Shown piece by piece: positions 61,050-64,000 of a stretch of 64,000 nt of DNA. The notes under the pieces are model-generated. The model had not been told where the DNA came from and searched no databases. It worked only from the letters and a program-made list of their open reading frames with translations. How positions within the stretch are numbered: position 1 is the first letter of the stretch; each line of letters opens with the position of its first letter. The stretch covers positions 1,952,001 through 2,016,000 of the forward strand of contig OY781066.1 of the NCBI GenBank assembly GCA_963676395.1, given 5' to 3'. The position numbers and the translations under genes are program-made. Origin of the DNA: a bacterium. Lineage in GTDB: Bacteria; Fidelibacterota; Fidelibacteria; Fidelibacterales; Fidelibacteraceae.

Positions 61050-61564
61050 ATAAACAAAGTTCCAAACGTCTGTTAGAAAAAAACTGGCATCATTTGGGCA
61101 CCACTTTCTCCGGAATCCGCTTTAACACAGGTTATTTTAGGGACTTAAAATCTAATGCCGTACCGGTTCAAGTCCGGTCTTCGGTATCCTACAAAACCCC
61201 TTTAAATAAGGGGTTTTGTGCTTTTAGTGCCCTTTTTCTTCTTGATTTCAAATGCATCTCATTTTATCAAAACTACGACTAAAAGAGTCATTCCTTGTCA
61301 AAATTCAATGACAACCCAATAGCAAAATATTTTCAATTTGATCTGATAGGCTGCTGTAGTTCTCTTTAACGATATCTGCATAGTGCTGCTCGGTCACTTT
61401 TGTTGATGAATGACGGAGGAACCGGGACACATGATAGATGCTTACACCTTCTTGAAGCAACCAGGCATCGGCAGATCTTCGCCAGTCATGAGTTGTGCTG
61501 TGAAGCTTTGCTTTTTTACATGCTGTATCGTATCTGTTGTGGATGTAATCGTAGTTGTAAGGGA
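61050..61564. repeat. 515-bp direct repeat copy 2
   Basis: Colinear with 51557..52071. Confidence 0.93.
61139..61186 (+). other. att site copy 3: displaced 3' fragment of tRNA-Leu with the same 10-nt deletion
   Basis: agggacttaaaatc-taatgccgtaccggttcaagtccggtcttcggta. Confidence 0.9.
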
Positions 61565-61721
61565 AGGCGTACTTGCCTTTGGGATTTTCTTCCCGGATTC
61601 GCTCAAGGATATCGATACATTTTTCATTCATATAAAGAGCTGCCTGAAAACGACCTTTTACAATGTATGAATCTAGGACGATCACTTTATCTTCTAATCG
61701 TTCCAGAGGCATTTTGATCAT
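61305..61721 (-). pseudogene. Tyrosine recombinase/integrase C-terminal remnant (longer copy)
   Basis: HDWRRS and FLRHSSTKVTEQHY; lacks the N-terminal domains and the first catalytic Arg region. Confidence 0.85.
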
Positions 61722-61922
61722 ATGATGAAAGTTAATATATGGTCACGTATAATATCTTGCTTTTCCTAGCATTAAGAACTAATTTACTATTAAATAATGA
61801 ATTATGATTGGACAAGTTAGGGACAAAGATTTAAAAATTAGTGTTTTCATAATAGAGTTGTAAAACGAAAATTCAGCTCAAAGTTGGAATACTAAGGTTG
61901 GCTTATTGTAAATAGGAAGCAT

Positions 61923-64000
61923 ATGAAGTACTTTTATTCACACATTTATATGAATTGGTCCAAGTTTTTGTTATTTCTTGTTGCAATATGTTTAACTAGC
62001 CATTTAACCGCTGCGAGTGATTCTATTACTATCGGTGTCTATGAAAATCCCCCCAAAGTATATACAAATGAAGCAGGTGAAGTGTGTGGTGTTTTTATTG
62101 ATATCCTGAAGGAAATAGCAAAAAATGAGGGATGGCAATTAAAGTATGTTCACGATTCATGGGATCATTGCCTTCAGTTTCTCGAAGATGGCAGCATTGA
62201 TATCATGCCAGATATTGCTTTTACTTATAAGAGAGATGAAATATATGATTTTAATAGGGTTAAAGTCCTAGAGAGTTCATCCCAGATATATACGCGTCCG
62301 GGATTGCGTATTAAAGAACTTGTTGATCTGAAAAATAAACGTATTGCATTTGTATCAAGGACGATACAGGATAAAGAATTCGATAAATTAATGAATGGCT
62401 ATGGATATGAATATATAAAAATCCCATGCGTGTCGTATCAGGATGTTTTTTCGTTGACCAGCAAGGGTGAAGCCGATGTTGCGATCACGAATTACTATTT
62501 TGGACAAACAAATTATAAAGCTTTTAATTTGAAGAAAACGCCATTGGTGTTTAATGTGACATCTCTGTATTATGCCGTAACAAATGGAATGAACACATCC
62601 ATACTGAACACTATTGATAAATATCTTACAGAATGGAAAAACGAAAAAGAATCTTTTTATTATCAATTGATTTATGATTATTTCGAGACTCCGTTTTACA
62701 TGTCAAATTTGGGTTCAAATATTTTTATATACATTTTTGTCACTGTATTTGGAATATTTTTTATTATGATCATTATTTTTCTGCTTCGAAAGCTTTTTGT
62801 ATATACAAAGAATTTGCGTGCTTCAAATACTCTACTTAAACTCGAAGAAGGAAAATTTAAAAGTTATATCGAGCATGCTCCCTTTGGTATTTTTGTTACA
62901 GATGATAAGGGGAATTATATAGATGTAAATCCGGCCGCCTGTCAGATTACAGCTTATAATAGGGACGAACTACTGTGCCTCAGTATATCAGATCTCATCC
63001 CTAAACGTTCACACACCACAGCTCATAAACATCTTCAAAGAATTGCGCGCGAAGGGAAGGCTTCTGCAATAATGCCTTTTGTGACAAAAAATGGAGAACT
63101 TCGTTACTGGGAAGTAGATTCTGTCCAGCTTACCCATACTCTTTTCTTAGGTTTTGCCCATGATATTACTGAGCGCAGACAATCGGAAAAGAAAATTGAA
63201 GAGGCCCTTGAATTAGCCACAGAATCCGATAGATTAAAATCAGCATTTCTTGCCAATATGAGCCATGAAATACGTACACCTATGAATGGTATATTAGGTT
63301 TTACATCTTTATTGCAAAATCCTGACCTTACGGATGAAACTCGAGATAAATATATTCAAATTATCCGTAAAAGTGGTGATAGGATGCTTGACACAGTAAA
63401 TGATTTGATCATAATATCAAAACTTGAAACTGGACAGGAAAAACTGAATTTATTGAAGGGAAATCCGTGTAAATTGGTCCAAGAGATGTTTGAATTTTTT
63501 AAACCATCTGCTATAAGTAAAGGATTGGATTTTAAATATATTCATCACTGCTCAAATACTTCAGAAATTGCTTATCTTGATGTTACAAAATTTAATTCTA
63601 TTGTTGGGAATCTAATTAAAAATGCTATTAAATATACCGACAATGGAGAGATTATTATAAGATCTGAGAAAGATGATAAAAATATAATAATCAGTGTTGA
63701 AGACACGGGTTATGGTATACCAAAAGATAGACAAGATGCGATCTTTGATCGTTTTGTGCAGGCGGATATCAAAGATAGTCAAGCCTTGCAAGGCTCCGGG
63801 TTGGGTCTAAGTATTGTTAAAGCATATGTCGAAATGATGCATGGGACAATAAGCTTGGAATCAGAGCTTGGAAAGGGTTCGTGTTTTACCGCTAAGCTTC
63901 CCCTCAAAAAAATAGAACGAGAAAAGTTAAATCTTTCAAAGAAAGATATTGTACCATCGAAAATAAAATTAAATAAAATATTGATTGCGGAGGATGATGT
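61923..64000 (+). CDS. Hybrid sensor histidine kinase (periplasmic solute-binding domain, PAS, HisKA, HATPase, REC), 3'-truncated by window edge
   Basis: Absent from the ORF track because it runs off the end. Read by hand: ITIGVYENPPK, FLANMSHEIRTPMNG, NLIKNAIKYT, GSGLGLSI, ILIAEDD. Confidence 0.92.
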   Translation, partial: MKYFYSHIYMNWSKFLLFLVAICLTSHLTAASDSITIGVYENPPKVYTNEAGEVCGVFIDILKEIAKNEGWQLKYVHDSWDHCLQFLEDGSIDIMPDIAFTYKRDEIYDFNRVKVLESSSQIYTRPGLRIKELVDLKNKRIAFVSRTIQDKEFDKLMNGYGYEYIKIPCVSYQDVFSLTSKGEADVAITNYYFGQTNYKAFNLKKTPLVFNVTSLYYAVTNGMNTSILNTIDKYLTEWKNEKESFYYQLIYDYFETPFYMSNLGSNIFIYIFVTVFGIFFIMIIIFLLRKLFVYTKNLRASNTLLKLEEGKFKSYIEHAPFGIFVTDDKGNYIDVNPAACQITAYNRDELLCLSISDLIPKRSHTTAHKHLQRIAREGKASAIMPFVTKNGELRYWEVDSVQLTHTLFLGFAHDITERRQSEKKIEEALELATESDRLKSAFLANMSHEIRTPMNGILGFTSLLQNPDLTDETRDKYIQIIRKSGDRMLDTVNDLIIISKLETGQEKLNLLKGNPCKLVQEMFEFFKPSAISKGLDFKYIHHCSNTSEIAYLDVTKFNSIVGNLIKNAIKYTDNGEIIIRSEKDDKNIIISVEDTGYGIPKDRQDAIFDRFVQADIKDSQALQGSGLGLSIVKAYVEMMHGTISLESELGKGSCFTAKLPLKKIEREKLNLSKKDIVPSKIKLNKILIAEDD

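Larger units (their letters stand above)
50549..61721. mobile_element. Genomic island array integrated at tRNA-Leu(TAA)
   Basis: Three displaced 3' tRNA-Leu fragments (51646, 60065, 61139), two integrase remnants, an IS3 remnant and accessory secreted/outer-membrane genes. Right boundary uncertain. Confidence 0.8.

Overview
AT-rich bacterial chromosomal window. It is probably from an FCB-group organism (Marinimicrobia/Calditrichia-like); this is an inference from the PorU/PorV-like genes, PNPF-type C-terminal sorting domains, the mnmA-panBCD-glmU(N)-lytR-rsfS gene order and a sigma54-type dnaK promoter. Positions 1-50.3 kb are mostly housekeeping: tmk, tgt, a PorU-like sortase, maf, dnaK, korAB plus split fumarase, mnmA, panBCD, rsfS, grpE-dnaJ, rsmD, M16 peptidase, rsmI and lysA. 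This part also holds a divergent comEA/pilM/pilNO-like cluster, one intact IS256-type element with perfect 26-bp IRs and an 8-bp target duplication, a 25-copy heptamer tandem repeat, and several families of dispersed intergenic palindromes. From 50.4 kb, a tRNA-Cys/tRNA-Leu(TAA) pair is followed by an accessory region built as a tandem array of integration events at tRNA-Leu. Three displaced 3' tRNA fragments, each preceded by the same arm-like repeats, separate cargo blocks: two ~1-kb single-gene cassettes and one ~8-kb block with a gingipain-like protease and a decayed IS3. Two tyrosine-integrase C-terminal remnants lie in this array. The window ends inside a hybrid sensor kinase. All calls are from reading the sequence and ORF translations; no database searches were run.
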